Assembly (NCBI RefSeq): GCF_009914755.1
Contig: NC_060930.1
Length of the DNA: 64,000 bases
Direction: 5' to 3' (one strand)
Source of the DNA: the human T2T-CHM13v2.0 reference genome, Homo sapiens
Under the pieces are notes generated by a model. That model worked only from the letters and a program-made list of their open reading frames with translations, was not told the origin of the DNA and did not search any database. The translations under genes and the position numbers were made by a program. This document shows, piece after piece, positions 24,714-39,083 of the stretch (position 1 is its first letter; every line of letters begins with the position of its first letter).

Positions 24714-26068
24714 TAGAGCAGATGCAGAGTCCCTCTTCCAAAAGTACTGCAGACACTCCTGGCTGCTCACTAGCAATTGTCTGCACTGCCTCCCAACTTA
24801 GCTTCTCTGCAACCCTTAAGAAAGACACATTCTTTCTTTAGAAAGAATTCCTGCTGTACCTTACATGCCGAAGTAAACAACTCCCTCCCTCTGACAACCA
24901 GAGATATAAGGGAAATGAAGGACGACGGATAGGAAACATTAGAAATCATCTCTTTAGTGACTGGTACACAGTCATTTTGGTTTAGTCATGTAACAGACGG
25001 CTTCTGTTGTGTCTCCAAGTGCACGTTACCGTGGGTCCTGGGAGGTGGAATGGTGACTGTATCTGCTGCCAGTGTTTTCCAATCAGTGACTCCCAGAAAC
25101 ATTTTTGTAGTATAATGAGGCATGTTTCTTACTTGTTGCTTTGAGGAAGAACACACATCATGGGGAGCTGTGGCGAGGTCTCAGTAAGGTTTTAGAGCAG
25201 ATTTATTTTACAATTTGGGCTTGTGTTAGGGGATTTGGGGGAGGGTTTATAGACTTAGCTCTCTTCTCTGGATGAGATACTGTCAGGAAGGTGTGGGGAG
25301 ATGAATTCTGAGAGTGGGAGCCTTAATCAAGCTTATCTAGGAGGAAGGAGACTAGGGTGAGACTAAAGCTGTAAATGATGAAGAGGCAGCAATTCCTCAT
25401 TGCTGATGGGGGATGTTTGGTTATTGTTGTGGTTTGTACAATGTTCATGTTTTTCTCTGCACTCACAAAAGATTGGGGTGGTCTTGTATTTCCCATGATC
25501 TGTCACAGTGATAAAGTACTATTTTTTGTGTTCTGTGAAATTACTTATGTTCAACAGGAGGATACCAAGACCTGGTATCAGGTTCCAGACGCCGAGGAGA
25601 GCTTTTTTCTTTCTCAGTGCAATCCCTTGCCTCATGGCTTCTGGTTGGGTTTGGTTTAAGGGGAGCTGTAGCAGACAATGGTAGGAAGAAGAGAAAAGGG
25701 AGAGGTCTGGGTGCTTATTCCCTGGCTTCCTTCCTGCAAGATTCCCTCAGGCTGGCTGCATTGCCTTGCTGAAGGTCACAAGTCAACTCAAGAAAGTCCT
25801 CAATGCATCAATCTTTTTATGTCTCCGGAACAGATCCCTCTCCTCCTCCCTCTGGTAATTGGGGTGGATGGGAATAGCCCCACATTACTGACCCTGGGAT
25901 ACTGCACTAGCCCATTTAGTTTTCTTTTCATCATGACCACACTTGTGTAAATAGCTCCTGAATGAAATCTTCCTTGGATTATCAAATGTGAGTCTGCCAT
26001 TGATTCCCATTGAGACCCTCCCTGATACAGGAGCTCTCAAGAATTTAGGGCAATTTATCCTTCTACAG

Positions 26069-26350
26069 CATTGGGTTCTGATCTTCACATTGAAGTGAAG
26101 GGTTATGAGGATGGAGGGATCCATCTGGAGTGCAGGTCCACTGGCTGGTACCCCCAACCCCAAATAAAGTGGAGCGACACCAAGGGAGAGAACATCCCGG
26201 CTGTGGAAGCACCTGTGGTTGCAGATGGAGTGGGCCTGTATGCAGTAGCAGCATCTGTGATCATGAGAGGCAGCTCTGGTGGGGGTGTATCCTGCATCAT
26301 CAGAAATTCCCTCCTCGGCCTGGAAAAGACAGCCAGCATATCCATCGCAG
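26069..26350 (+). CDS. BTN3A3: BTN3A3 IgC exon
   Basis: 282 nt; [21 protein letters not shown]...KTASISIA. Confidence 0.96.
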
Positions 26351-27067
26351 GTCAGTACCCTGCTTGGCCTCAGCTTTACTGAGCTGAGCTGTGGCAGGTG
26401 ATGAAGGGGGATGTGTGAGTCTCTACTGTGTGAGTCTCTGCGGTCAACCTGGGTCTCTACAATGCATGTAAGGCTCAAAGCAGGGACCTGAAGGCTACTC
26501 ACTGCTTTAGGGGAGCTTCCCCACGCCACAAAGCTGTTCATGCCACAAACATTTACTGATCACTTCCTGTCTGACAGAAACAGAAAGTGTGACAGGCAGT
26601 GGGAATTGGGGAAAAACATTAAGAGAAGCTCCTTATGTAAAGTCAAATGACAAAATGGGAAAACATATATATATTTACAAACTCATAGAGAAAGAGCTAA
26701 TCTTTTTGAAACAGAAGAGTTTGAAAACTGAGTAAAAAATATTAACAAAGGTCATGAATTGTTAATTCACAGGAAAAGAAATAACCCACAAAAGAGTGCT
26801 CATTCTCACTCATTAGGGAAACATATCTGAAATCATTTTTCACTTATGATATTAGCAAAAATCAAAACCCCACTGCCTTGCTTGATACCACATGGCTATG
26901 GCAGGAGTGTAGGAAGGCAGTGACTCTCAGTCATTTGCTCGTGTCACTTGTATTTTTGGTGTGCATTAGCACAAGCTCTATTGGGGGATCTATCCAAACT
27001 ACATATTTATTGATCCAAAATTCCAGTTCTGGGATATGCTTGCATTTGTATGAGATGATCCATGTAA

Positions 27068-27394
<327 letters not shown>

Positions 27395-27729
27395 TAAAAA
27401 GTTTCTTATAGCATTGATTATGATTGTATAAGGTTAGAAGCTATGGAGATGCTCACTGATGGTGAACTTCCATACAAGGGAATACTGCCCAACTGTGAAA
27501 GAAAAAAGAGATAATTCTCTCTACACTAATATGGAAAGATCTCCAAGACACACTTTACACAGAAGAGTGAGATGCAGAGTGATGTGTATAGAATGTTATT
27601 TTTAGTTTAAACAAGAGGAAAAATAGGAACATATTTTAATTTACTTTTTTTAGTTCTTGATTCTGTTATTTAACTTACATTTTTAAAATTTAACAAGCAA
27701 TTTTGTAATACTCACTGTACATCAAGTAC

Positions 27730-28024
27730 TTTATTTACTTATTTAGAGACAGAGTCTCACTCTGTCACCTAGGCTGGAATGCTGTGGCACAATCTTGGCT
27801 CACTGCAAGCCCCGCTTCCTGGGTTGAAGCAATTCTATAGCCTCAGCCTCCCAAGTAGTTGGGATTACAGGGACATGACACTATGCCCAGCTAATTTTTG
27901 TAATTTTAGTAAACATGGGTTTTCACCGTGTCGGCCAAGCTGGTCTCGACCTCCTGACCTCAAGTGATCTGCCTGCCTCGGCCTCACAAAGTGCTGGGAT
28001 TACAGGCATGACCCACTGCAGCCC
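27730..28024 (-). mobile_element. Alu
   Basis: Reverse full dimer. Confidence 0.9.
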
Positions 28025-28612
28025 ATTAGGCCCTTTTAAAGTATTAATTTAATTCTTCTAACCTCAGGAGATAGGCATTATCATTACCCTCATTTTATAG
28101 ATTAGGCCACTACAAACAGAGAGGTTATGTAAGTAGTCCAACATCACACTGCTAGTCACATAGGGGAGCCAGCATTTAAACCCTTGCCCTCTGACTCCAC
28201 AGTTTATGTCCCTAAGCATCATATTAAGTGGACTAAGGAAAAGTTAATAGATGGAGGGAGGGAGTACTAGGTAGATGGGAGAGTTGCATAACTTTATGTA
28301 CATGAAGTTTTTGAACCATGTAAATGTGTTACTGGTTGAAAAAATATTTAGAAAAAAATGAGTATGACTCTGCTGAAGTTAATTTCCATACGAGAGGCAG
28401 ACCTCTCAAGATAGTAATAGTAGTAGCTTGTAGTGAGGGTTTACCAAAGTCCTCTCTACAGTCCTCTGAGACTTTAGGGACAGAACGCTTATTTAACCTC
28501 ATGAGATGGATTCCATGCCCCCAACCTGGGCTGAGCAGCTAAAGCTTGGGGTGCTGAGGCTGGGGAGGCTGAGTGCACTAGCTCCCATGACCCACAGCTC
28601 TCCCCTTCGCAG

Positions 28613-28813
28613 ACCCCTTCTTCAGGAGCGCCCAGCCCTGGATCGCGGCCCTGGCAGGGACCCTGCCTATCTCGTTGCTGCTTCTCGCAGGAGCCAGTTA
28701 CTTCTTGTGGAGACAACAGAAGGAAAAAATTGCTCTGTCCAGGGAGACAGAAAGAGAGCGAGAGATGAAAGAAATGGGATACGCTGCAACAGAGCAAGAA
28801 ATAAGCCTAAGAG
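28613..28813 (+). CDS. BTN3A3: BTN3A3 transmembrane/juxtamembrane exon
   Basis: 201 nt; [67 protein letters not shown]. Confidence 0.95.
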
Positions 28814-28981
28814 GTATCCAACGCAAGCAGAGAATCTAAGCCCCTGGCTTGCATGCCCCAGCCTGAAGATCTCACCCCCATTCCCACCCTGACACTGCAT
28901 CAAGTTTAAGGTTTATTTTCCCAAAACCCCCCTTACCCATAACTGTTCTTTTTTTCTTTTCTTTTTTTGCTTATTTTCCAG

Positions 28982-29002
28982 AGAAGCTCCAGGAGGAACT
29001 CA
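28982..29002 (+). CDS. BTN3A3: BTN3A3 heptad micro-exon (EKLQEEL)
   Basis: 21 nt, TTCCAG| and |GTAAGT. Confidence 0.92.
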
Positions 29003-29092
29003 GTAAGTTCCCATTCCCCAGGAGACCCAGGCATGTCTTCTTATCCCCACTTTGAGCACCTTGATAACCCTTCCCTATTCATTCCATTGCAG

Positions 29093-29119
29093 AGTGGAGG
29101 AAAATCCAGTACATGGCTC
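29093..29119 (+). CDS. BTN3A3: BTN3A3 micro-exon (KWRKIQYMA)
   Basis: 27 nt, TGCAG| and |GTGAGT. Confidence 0.92.
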
Positions 29120-30026
29120 GTGAGTGACTCTGACATTTTCTCTGAATTTGAATCTTGAATCTATGACTCTCTTCTGCTTGGAAATTTTCCAGCCCATAAG
29201 TCTTTGCCCAGGGTTGAAAAATGGTCCTAGATCCCTTTACTCAGGAAAAGAAAATAAGTTTGGCTCTTTGGAGAAACCACCCAGAAGGAGTCTCTCTCTC
29301 TCGTCTATCTCTCTCTCTAAGAAAAGAAAAAGAGGTCTTCAATCTCTTTGTACTAGGGGCCACAGACCTTTATGCCCTAAAAAGCACTGAGGAATATCCA
29401 GGGGTACACTTCAAAAGGAAGAGAGAAGGATGAGGTGCATTTTCTGTGGCAGGAAACTTACTTGTTGTTTTCCATAATCTAGAGGATGTTGAAAGGAAAA
29501 CAAGAATGGAAGATTTAAGAGATAAGAAAATCAGAAAAGAGAGAGGGAGACAAGTGTGTCTAATAAAGAGGAATAGCTACAGTGGCTCAGTTGGTACAGA
29601 TTTATCATAACTGCTTTCAAAAACTAGTCCCTGAAATTGCTCATTAAATTTCCCAAATTCTTTTTAGAGCAAGGTAGGAAATGATACAGATTGAGAAGGG
29701 TGGATCTTGTACTCCTAGACATACACATATAGACATGGTGACACCTATGCCCAGGTACAGGAGTATAGACAGATTCAAAATAGATTAGCTGGACTCCACT
29801 GGGAAGGAACTCTCACAGTGACTGCCCTGCCACTAGCATTCAACCAATGTTCCCAGACTTGATATTAAGAAGAAGAGGTGAAGAGAGAATTGAGCTTGCA
29901 GAGTGAGACCACAGGGAAGAGTGGAATGGTCAAAAAGAAAGTCTAGATGGATGCGAAAGGAAGTGGAAGGGGCCAACAGAGCAAAGGCAGTGTTCAGGTG
30001 ACACCTCTATCTTTCTTTCATTGTAG

Positions 30027-30053
30027 GTGGAGAGAAGTCTTTGGCCTATCATG
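30027..30053 (+). CDS. BTN3A3: BTN3A3 micro-exon (RGEKSLAYH)
   Basis: 27 nt, TGTAG| and |GTGAGT. Confidence 0.92.
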
Positions 30054-30471
30054 GTGAGTGAGCCTGATGCTCTCTGGGTTTGCTGGGTCATGTACAATGA
30101 ACATTTCAACTTTTTCTCTGCTGTGACCCATTGACGTTCTCAGTTGGATTAATCAGATCTAACCCTTAGACTCAATTTTGCATGGTAGGGGGTTGACTTC
30201 TGCTTTTCTGGAGCCTCTGAGAGACTCCTGACCCTGCACATGCCCAGGCAAAGCATAACCATGCAGCCTGCACCCCCCATGGCACAGGGAGCCGAGCCTG
30301 ACATTGTTTAGAAGGTGCCACCTCTGATCTATCAGAGCTGTAGAGGAAGGAAGCTGAAGCCTGGAAGAGACTCTGAAGAAAAGGAGAGAAAACGTGTAGT
30401 GAAAGGAGAATGGAGTGGAGAAAAGAACAAAAATACTGACCTTTTTCTTATCTGTGTCTCCTTCCTTTCAG

Positions 30472-30498
30472 AATGGAAAATGGCCCTCTTCAAACCTG
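30472..30498 (+). CDS. BTN3A3: BTN3A3 micro-exon (EWKMALFKP)
   Basis: 27 nt, TTTCAG| and |GTGAGT. Confidence 0.92.
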
Positions 30499-32039
30499 GT
30501 GAGTAAATCACTGTATGTTCCCTGGATCAACAACCTGAGGGACTATATTCCTTTCTCCTCCTCCAACTCTTGTGATTTAGGGAAGAAAAGTTCCCTTGAC
30601 TAAGAAAGTTTGGGGTAGACAACATTAAATCCCAATCTGAAAAGTGGGCCCATCTCCAAGACCCTTCCCGCTGAGAGCCCAGGGAACCAGGGAGAATTGC
30701 TCTCTTGGGCTTCCTCAGACCTTCCTGGGAAGGAAGACACATAAAGGGTGGAGCTGAGGGGAAGGAGACACACACTGAGTGATACTGCAGGGAGAGTGAG
30801 GATGCAAATGCCAAGGAGAGGAGGTGATGCCTGCCCAAAGAACTTTGCACTTCCCAGGCTTCTCATGCCCCCTACTGCCTGTGTCACCTCAAATGATTTA
30901 ATGCTTCCGAGCTTTCGCCTCCACATTTTTAAATGAAAATTGCAATCTGTGTTTTGTGGGGGTGAGGTGAAGACTGAAGTAATAATAAATATCCACTGGT
31001 CAAAAACCAAGTAAGAAAGAGATGACAAGTTCAAACTGGTTGGTTGAAAAAGGTTTGCGGAAAGGAGGGATAAGGGTAAGCAATAAGGAAAAGTGCAGTG
31101 CCCCCATGGTTCCCAACAGTGGGGAGCTGTCTTCACTCCTAGCCTGGGAGGTCTAGGAAGGGGAGGCAGTTACTGGAACCCAGAGAAAAGTAGCTCAAAA
31201 GAGAGGGCTCCCTGAGAAGAGTCGTCAGGCCTTGTTAGAGTAGCATCAGCTGCTGCTGGCAGGGAGGAAGCAGGAGAATAAACAGTGTGTCTCTCCTTTC
31301 TTTCTCCTTCCAATCTTCTATCAGGGCCTCCCATTGGCCAAACCCAACAGCAAACCAGAAGACAAGGGAGCCCAGTGGCACTATCCTTAGAGTACAGATT
31401 CCTAGGACCCAGAAGAGGGTGGAAAAAGCTGAAGGCTGGAGAGTGAATCTGGGGCCCCTCATAGAGCCCAGCATAGAGACGGCCTTGCAGCTATTAGAAC
31501 ATCAGGAGCTTCCTTCATGCCCTGCTGTGGGCTGAGTAAATAACATGATTCCCCTATACTACGCTAGAGAGTCATATTTTTATCCCCATTTTTCAGGTGA
31601 CAAAATGCTTCAGATGAGGCTCCACCTTGTTAAATAAATTGGATGTATGGAAAAATAGACTGCAGAAAAGGGGAGCTCATTTAGTTCATAAGCGGTCGAG
31701 TGAAGATTGAAAATTAACCTCTGAGTATAAGGCATTAGGGGGCAGAGTCAATGTGGGGAGGGAAACAAGAAAAATGTAGCAAGAGGATCCTTATTGCTTC
31801 CTGAGGCAGCATCAGGGTATTGGGTTAGGCAGATACTGACCTTACTTTCATTTCCCCTCTGGACACAAGACCCCTTGAGCTTTCTCCCATGACATTGATG
31901 AGAGAGTCATATTTAGAGCAGGCTAGGGACGCCAGGTTCTGGAAGGACCTCCTTAGCATGGTCCAGGCCTTGCATGCTGAGGCTCTGAAATCCAGGAAAA
32001 ATGGCTGACCCCATGGACACCTCCTCAAACTCTCTGCAG

Positions 32040-32776
32040 CGGATGTGATTCTGGATCCAGACACGGCAAACGCCATCCTCCTTGTTTCTGAGGACCAGAG
32101 GAGTGTGCAGCGTGCTGAAGAGCCGCGGGATCTGCCAGACAACCCTGAGAGATTTGAATGGCGTTACTGTGTCCTTGGCTGTGAAAACTTCACATCAGGG
32201 AGACATTACTGGGAGGTGGAAGTGGGGGACAGAAAAGAGTGGCATATTGGGGTATGTAGTAAGAACGTGGAGAGGAAAAAAGGTTGGGTCAAAATGACAC
32301 CGGAGAACGGATACTGGACTATGGGCCTGACTGATGGGAATAAGTATCGGGCTCTCACTGAGCCCAGAACCAACCTGAAACTTCCTGAGCCTCCTAGGAA
32401 AGTGGGGATCTTCCTGGACTATGAGACTGGAGAGATCTCGTTCTATAATGCCACAGATGGATCTCATATCTACACCTTTCCGCACGCCTCTTTCTCTGAG
32501 CCTCTATATCCTGTTTTCAGAATTTTGACCTTGGAGCCCACTGCCCTGACCATTTGCCCAATACCAAAAGAAGTAGAGAGTTCCCCCGATCCTGACCTAG
32601 TGCCTGATCATTCCCTGGAGACACCACTGACCCCGGGCTTAGCTAATGAAAGTGGGGAGCCTCAGGCTGAAGTAACATCTCTGCTTCTCCCTGCCCACCC
32701 TGGAGCTGAGGTCTCCCCTTCTGCAACAACCAATCAGAACCATAAGCTACAGGCACGCACTGAAGCACTTTACTGA
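32040..32776 (+). CDS. BTN3A3: BTN3A3 B30.2 exon with long C-terminal extension (...ARTEALY*)
   Basis: In frame with ORF 32045-32776. The exon sum is 1755 nt = 584 aa. R381 and the acidic/Pro-rich tail distinguish it from BTN3A1. Confidence 0.96.
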
Positions 32777-33757
32777 TATTCATTCCATTATTCCATATGA
32801 CAGTTGTTTTGAGTTTCGTACCACCTTATTGTCCCCTTATACAGATAAGGAAACTGGGGTGCAGAAAGGTGAATTAACTTTACAAAGTAGACATGACAAG
32901 TGAACAGCAGAGCTGGGATCTAAACAGCAATAACTAACATTAACAGAGAATTTAAAATGTTCTTAGTGCTGTGTTATAAGCTTTGGTGGATGTCACTCCT
33001 TTAATCCTCACAACACCCTGTCGGGTAGTCATATTTTGCAAGTATGGAAGCTGAGGCAGGGCAACATGAAGTAACTTACATAACTCATACAGTAATTTGT
33101 GCAGTTGGGAGATGTTCAGCCTTAGTCCCTGGCTAATTGCCTGTTCTTTTCCAGCCTGATTTTTTTTCCCACAGGAAGAGCCCACATGTAGCCCTGAGGT
33201 TTCCTTCCCAGGACAGCTGCAGGGTAGAGATCATTTTAAGTGCTTGTGGAGTTGACATCCCTATTGACTCTTTCCCAGCTGATATCAGAGACTTAGACCC
33301 AGCACTCCTTGGATTAGCTCTGCAGAGTGTCTTGGTTGAGAGAATAACCTCATAGTACCAACATGACATGTGACTTGGAAAGAGACTAGAGGCCACACTT
33401 GATAAATCATGGGGCACAGATATGTTCCCACCCAACAAATGTGATAAGTGATTGTGCAGCCAGAGCCAGCCTTCCTTCAATCAAGGTTTCCAGGCAGAGC
33501 AAATACCCTAGAGATTCTCTGTGATATAGGAAATTTGGATCAAGGAAGCTAAAAGAATTACAGGGATGTTTTTAATCCCACTATGGACTCAGTCTCCTGG
33601 AAATAGGTCTGTCCACTCCTGGTCATTGGTGGATGTTAAACCCATATTCCTTTCAACTGCTGCCTGCTAGGGAAAACTGCTCCTCATTATCATCACTATT
33701 ATTGCTCACCACTGTATCCCCTCTACTTGGCAAGTGGTTGTCAAGTTCTAGTTGTTC

Positions 33758-33763
33758 AATAAA
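33758..33763 (+). terminator. BTN3A3 poly(A) signal
   Basis: AATAAA about 1 kb after the stop, followed by T/GT-rich sequence. Confidence 0.7.
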
Positions 33764-33829
33764 TGTGTTAATAATGCTTACTCCTCAGCTTGGCTTTTTC
33801 TAGACTGTGGTGTCTACTCAGCACAGTAG

Positions 33830-34242
<413 letters not shown>

Positions 34243-34619
34243 TTCAGAAATTCATGAACTTAAAGCAACACAAATTTATTATCTCACTGTTCTGTAGGTG
34301 AGAAGTCAGAAGTCCCACAGGGATCTCACCAGGCTAGAATCAAGGTGTCTGCAGGCTGGATTCCTTTCTGGAGTCTCTAAGGAAGAATCTGTTTCCTTGC
34401 TTATTCAGACTATTGGCAGAATCAGTTCCTTTCATTTATAGGACTGACGTCCCAGTTGTTCCCTGGTTTTTAGCTAAGGGCTGTACCCACTTCTAGAGGC
34501 TGCCACACTCTGGCTCCTAGCTCCCTTCCTGTATCTTCAAAGCAGCAACAGCGCATTGAGGCTCATCTCCTAGGTCTTTTTCTCCATTGTATCTCTCTGA
34601 TTCTTTTACCTTCTCCTTT

Positions 34620-34937
<318 letters not shown>

Positions 34938-37900
34938 TAAAGACTCCTATGATTAAACTGAGATCACCCAGACAATTTAGAATAATCTCTCTATTTTAAG
35001 GTCCATAACCTTAATTCTGTGTAAAATTCATTTTACTGTGTTATACATTCTTTTCATAACTTTCATAGTGAATATAGCTCAAAGGGTGGGTGCGGGGAGC
35101 ACTATTCAGCTCACCACACTGATTTGGGAAGTGATTCCAGGAAACACAAGTGCAGAAACAAATTGAGAAATGAAAAAAAGCCAATTACATGACAAATGGG
35201 ATAAAGGGTTCACTCATGAGTCAGTTACCATGTGGATAACTTGGCTGAATACCTTTTAGGACTCTCTAAGAAACCATATGAAATGTGTGATATAGCTCAG
35301 AATCTTCCTAAGGACTACAGGGCCTGGGACTTTATCTCCACTTCCCATCCTCCTTTGCTTGAATTGGTTGAAGGTTGGCCTGGGAGTGTTAATTCTAATG
35401 CACTTTAAGATTGGGCTATGTAACTGCAGAAAAGCAACTATCACGGGTGTGATAAAGCTCACAGGCAAAGGAGAAGGGAGATACTCACTGGAGGTGGAAA
35501 GGTTGTCATCCTTGCAGAAAACTGTGCCTCAGCTATTGGCAAACTGTGATAGGCCAAGAGAATATGGGATGGGGCATCAACAGCGTCTGTTATAAGGGCT
35601 CTGCCTCTGAGAATATAGTGAATGCCTTTCAAGGTCTCTCTCCCCTCGCTGTACCACATTTAGCATTAGTGACCTCTTCTCTTCCAATACATGCCCACAT
35701 CACATGGCCCTGCAGCCTCACCACATGGACTGGGTCTGGGATGGACACCTGACCCAGGCTAGGCCAGAGGACCAAGTGACATGTGGCTAGTTACTCCTGT
35801 AGCAGATGTGCATGGGAGCTGTGGGAAGAAATGCTCCATTCATGGTGTGGACTAAACAATGGTGGATTGCAGAGAAGACCAAAGCAGATGAGCAGAGAGA
35901 AGGCTACAAGATGGAAAGAGTTTAGGCAAATTTCTCACGTTTGGTTCCTTTAGAAGCCCAGTATCATTTCTTCTTTTTGAAAAAATGTGTTCTTTTGAGG
36001 CAAGATAAATGTACTCGTTAATATTGCTTGTAGTCCTAATATTCAGAAGCTTATGCAACTATTATAATATGTTCAGTGATTCTGTGAGTCAGGAATCTAG
36101 AATTTGAACAGGGCAGAGTAGGAATGGATTTTCTGTATGTCAACATGTCTAGGCCTCCCCTGGGAGTACTCCATAGCTGGAGATGACACAGCTATATTAC
36201 CTTCAAAGACTGTAGTTTATTGTAAAGCAAAAGGAAATCAATGCTTACCCTGTATCCTGGTTCTTCCAGGGTTGGCAGGTCCATAAAGAACCTTGCCAAC
36301 GTGACCCTTCCTGTCTCTATCCCTCCCACTACAGAGCATGATTGGGTTAGGTTGTTACTATCTAACCGGGCACACCCCAGTAGAGCCTGATTTCTTTCTA
36401 AGCTACCCCATCGTCAACTGATCCTCTTCCTTCTCAGAACACACACGTTTCCCTCTAGCTCAGATCAACTTTGGCAGAGGCTGAAGCCTGGCTTAGCTGG
36501 ATGCTTCTGGCAAAAGGGCTACTTCAAAGCCCTGGGCCTTATTTCTTCAGGTAAAAAAATATAAAGTCAGATCTCATCCCGGCTGGCCATGCTGTTAGAC
36601 CCTTTCATCCTTCTCTTCTGCCTCTTCTCAACAGCTGCCCAGTCCTGTTTGGAATTCATATACATACAGTTCTAATACTGATGTATTTACCCTCATAAGC
36701 CACTCAACCCAGAATCTTATTTGAATTATAATCCAGAAACATCAGGTGACGTGTGAGACTACTGTATGAGAAAGAGACAGTTTAAGGGTCAGTCCAATGG
36801 AAAAAAGAGTTCTCAGAGCTTTCTTTAGCTTATTCTCATCAAAGAGCTTTCTCTGCAGAAGGAACCTACTGGTTCCTCCTTTCCAGTCCTAGAAATCCTG
36901 ACCTAGAGTGGCTTAATCCTGCTAGCACCTCTCTCTCGCACTCTGGTGCCAAATGACTCCAGGAACTGGGCCATGATGTGGTGGGAATGACCTTACCCTG
37001 AGCATGTCACTCATGCATTGAACAACAGCTAAGAGCAGAGCTTAGAGCTTAGAGCTGGGCCCTGTAAGGTGAGAGGAATCACATCCTGCAGAAGTCTGTC
37101 CTGAGAAGCAGGTACTCCTGTCACAGCAGAGACACAGTGGATACCTGAGTAACAATAATACAAGACAGGACGTGGGAACAGCAAAAGATTTGGGTGTCAG
37201 AAGAGGCCGAGAACACTTCAGGCAGGAACATTCAGAGTTGTTCTTGGAGGAAGTAGGCACAAAGGCTGGGCAGGATTTCACGGGGCAGAGATGGAGCAAG
37301 CAATTGAAATGAAAGCCATGGCATGGGAAAAGGAGCACTGGCCACAGGGAGTGCAACGTTGTGATGCAAGGCCACTGTGGAGCCATTGCTAGCGTATTAA
37401 CTGCAAAGTTTTGAATTGAATCAGAAGGGAATTGGAGGCCTCCAGACTAAGCATTTAGACACTTGAGGGGAATATTGACAACTGGGCCTCGGGAAGATTA
37501 TTCTGGAAGATATCTTTACAATTACAAGATTGGAGCCTTTGGGAGAGGGATGATGTTTACGGGAGGATGGTATGTGTGCTAGTGTGTGTGTCTGTGTGTG
37601 GCTCTTGGACCCAACCTGACCACCTACTATCTAGAAGGTGAAGGACAACTAGAAAGTTTTGCTCAATTCCATCTTCTGCCACCACCAGAATGCCACCTCC
37701 CTGAGGGAAAAGGTTTTTGATCCTCAGTCAGGATTCTCAGCACCTCTTATCCGATAGCTTTGGAATGAATGGCAAGGCCTTCATAACAGCCACTGCAACT
37801 GCTGTCTCCTTTCCTTTGCTACCCCTCCCGCTCCAGCCATGCCAGCTTCCCCCAAGCCCTCCTGCGCTCCAGGCCCAACCTCCAAAGCCAGCAACTTGAA

Positions 37901-38203
37901 CAGGAGTCCTCTGGCTTTGGAAAGGGGGCGGCTTACGTTTTCCTGCTCATGTTTCCTCCCCAGCAAAATTGCCCTCTACATAGAGAGGCCTCTCCTTGTG
38001 GACACCAGCAAAGCCACCGACCTCAGTGACAAACCCCAGGGAATCTCCCCAAGGAATCTCAAAGCGAGAGAGAGAGAGAGAGTCTTGAGAGAGAAAGAGA
38101 GAGAGAGAGAGTCTTGCTTTCGAACAAAGAAAAAGGAAATAAAAAGACCCGATAATCTCAAAAGGTTATTTGCTGCTTGAAATTTGTGATTCGGTGTATT
38201 CTA

Positions 38204-38265
38204 CCCAGCAACTGCTGAGAAATAAGGTTCGACACCATTGGCTGGTTCACTCACACCCGGCCAAT
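38204..38265 (+). promoter_or_regulatory. BTN2A1 promoter X/Y module
   Basis: CCCAGCAACTGCTG at 38204-38217, ATTGG at 38237-38241, CCAAT at 38261-38265. CpG-rich sequence downstream; (GA)n tract at 38066-38110 upstream. Confidence 0.72.
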
Positions 38266-38269
38266 CCTG

Positions 38270-38507
38270 GGCTCTAAAATACTTAGGGAACTCTTGGGAC
38301 TGTGGAAGCCCAGGAGACCAGATTTCGTTTCCTGCATCTCCAAACATGGCGACCTAGGAGAAAGGGAAGAACAATTTTTTCTCCTCTTTTGGGAAGGTTT
38401 GCGTCTAGTAGTGCCTGTGCCCCTGGGCAGATTGGAGAGAAGAGGGACGACTGGAGAATCGTCGAGAACCAGCGGAGAAAAGAAAAAGCAACGTTTAATT
38501 CTAGAAG
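38270..38507 (+). other. BTN2A1: BTN2A1 non-coding exon 1 (start approximate)
   Basis: Ends at CTAGAAG|GTAGGA, paralogous to 1988. Confidence 0.7.
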
Positions 38508-39001
38508 GTAGGAAACGGAGGGGAGGCGCTACAGCTCCGGGGTGGGCACAGTAGGTGGGGGAAGCGGGGTCTGCTGTGGACACGAGACGGGGTCCTGGGA
38601 CAGGGAAAGCCCACCGGTGGGGAGGCGCGGCCTCGCCTGTCTTTGCCTCAGGCTGCCCGGCGTGGGTCGCGGGGAGGAGGAAGTGAAGGGAGGAGGGTGT
38701 GGTAGAATCCAGCGACAACTGAAGAAACTGCATTCTGGCCAGAGAAGTGAGCCGAGGAGGGCGGAAAAAGGCCCCCTTGATCTTGGCATTGATGGCTTAC
38801 TTCATGGAATGTTTAAGGAATCCCTCTCTCGGGACATACCTGAGCCTTCGGATGCAGGGGACTCCCTGAAGTTGGGGCACTGATGAGACCTACTTGAGTG
38901 ACGGGAGAGGTTGGGCCCGACCAGCACTGAGGTGCCAAGACTCCTAGGCTGATTCTCCTCTGTAACCCTAGGCCTCCTGTCCCTGCCTGCTCTGGGTGCT
39001 C

Positions 39002-39083
39002 ATGGAATCAGCTGCTGCCCTGCACTTCTCCCGGCCAGCCTCCCTCCTCCTCCTCCTCCTCAGCCTGTGTGCACTGGTCTCAG
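39002..39083 (+). CDS. BTN2A1: BTN2A1 signal-peptide exon (MESAAALHFSRPASLLLLLLSLCALVS)
   Basis: ATG at 39002; exon acceptor at 38972; 82 coding nt. Confidence 0.96.

Noticed and set aside
25085-25616. Possible reverse-strand LTR in BTN3A3 intron
   Set aside because: TG...CA-like ends and composition are suggestive, but I could not name a family or confirm a TSD.
25885-26541. 218-aa antisense ORF
   Set aside because: Shadow of the BTN3A3 IgC exon on the opposite strand; no independent coding signal.
30600-31136. 178-aa minus-strand ORF
   Set aside because: Intronic, no domain, non-ATG start, no splice structure.
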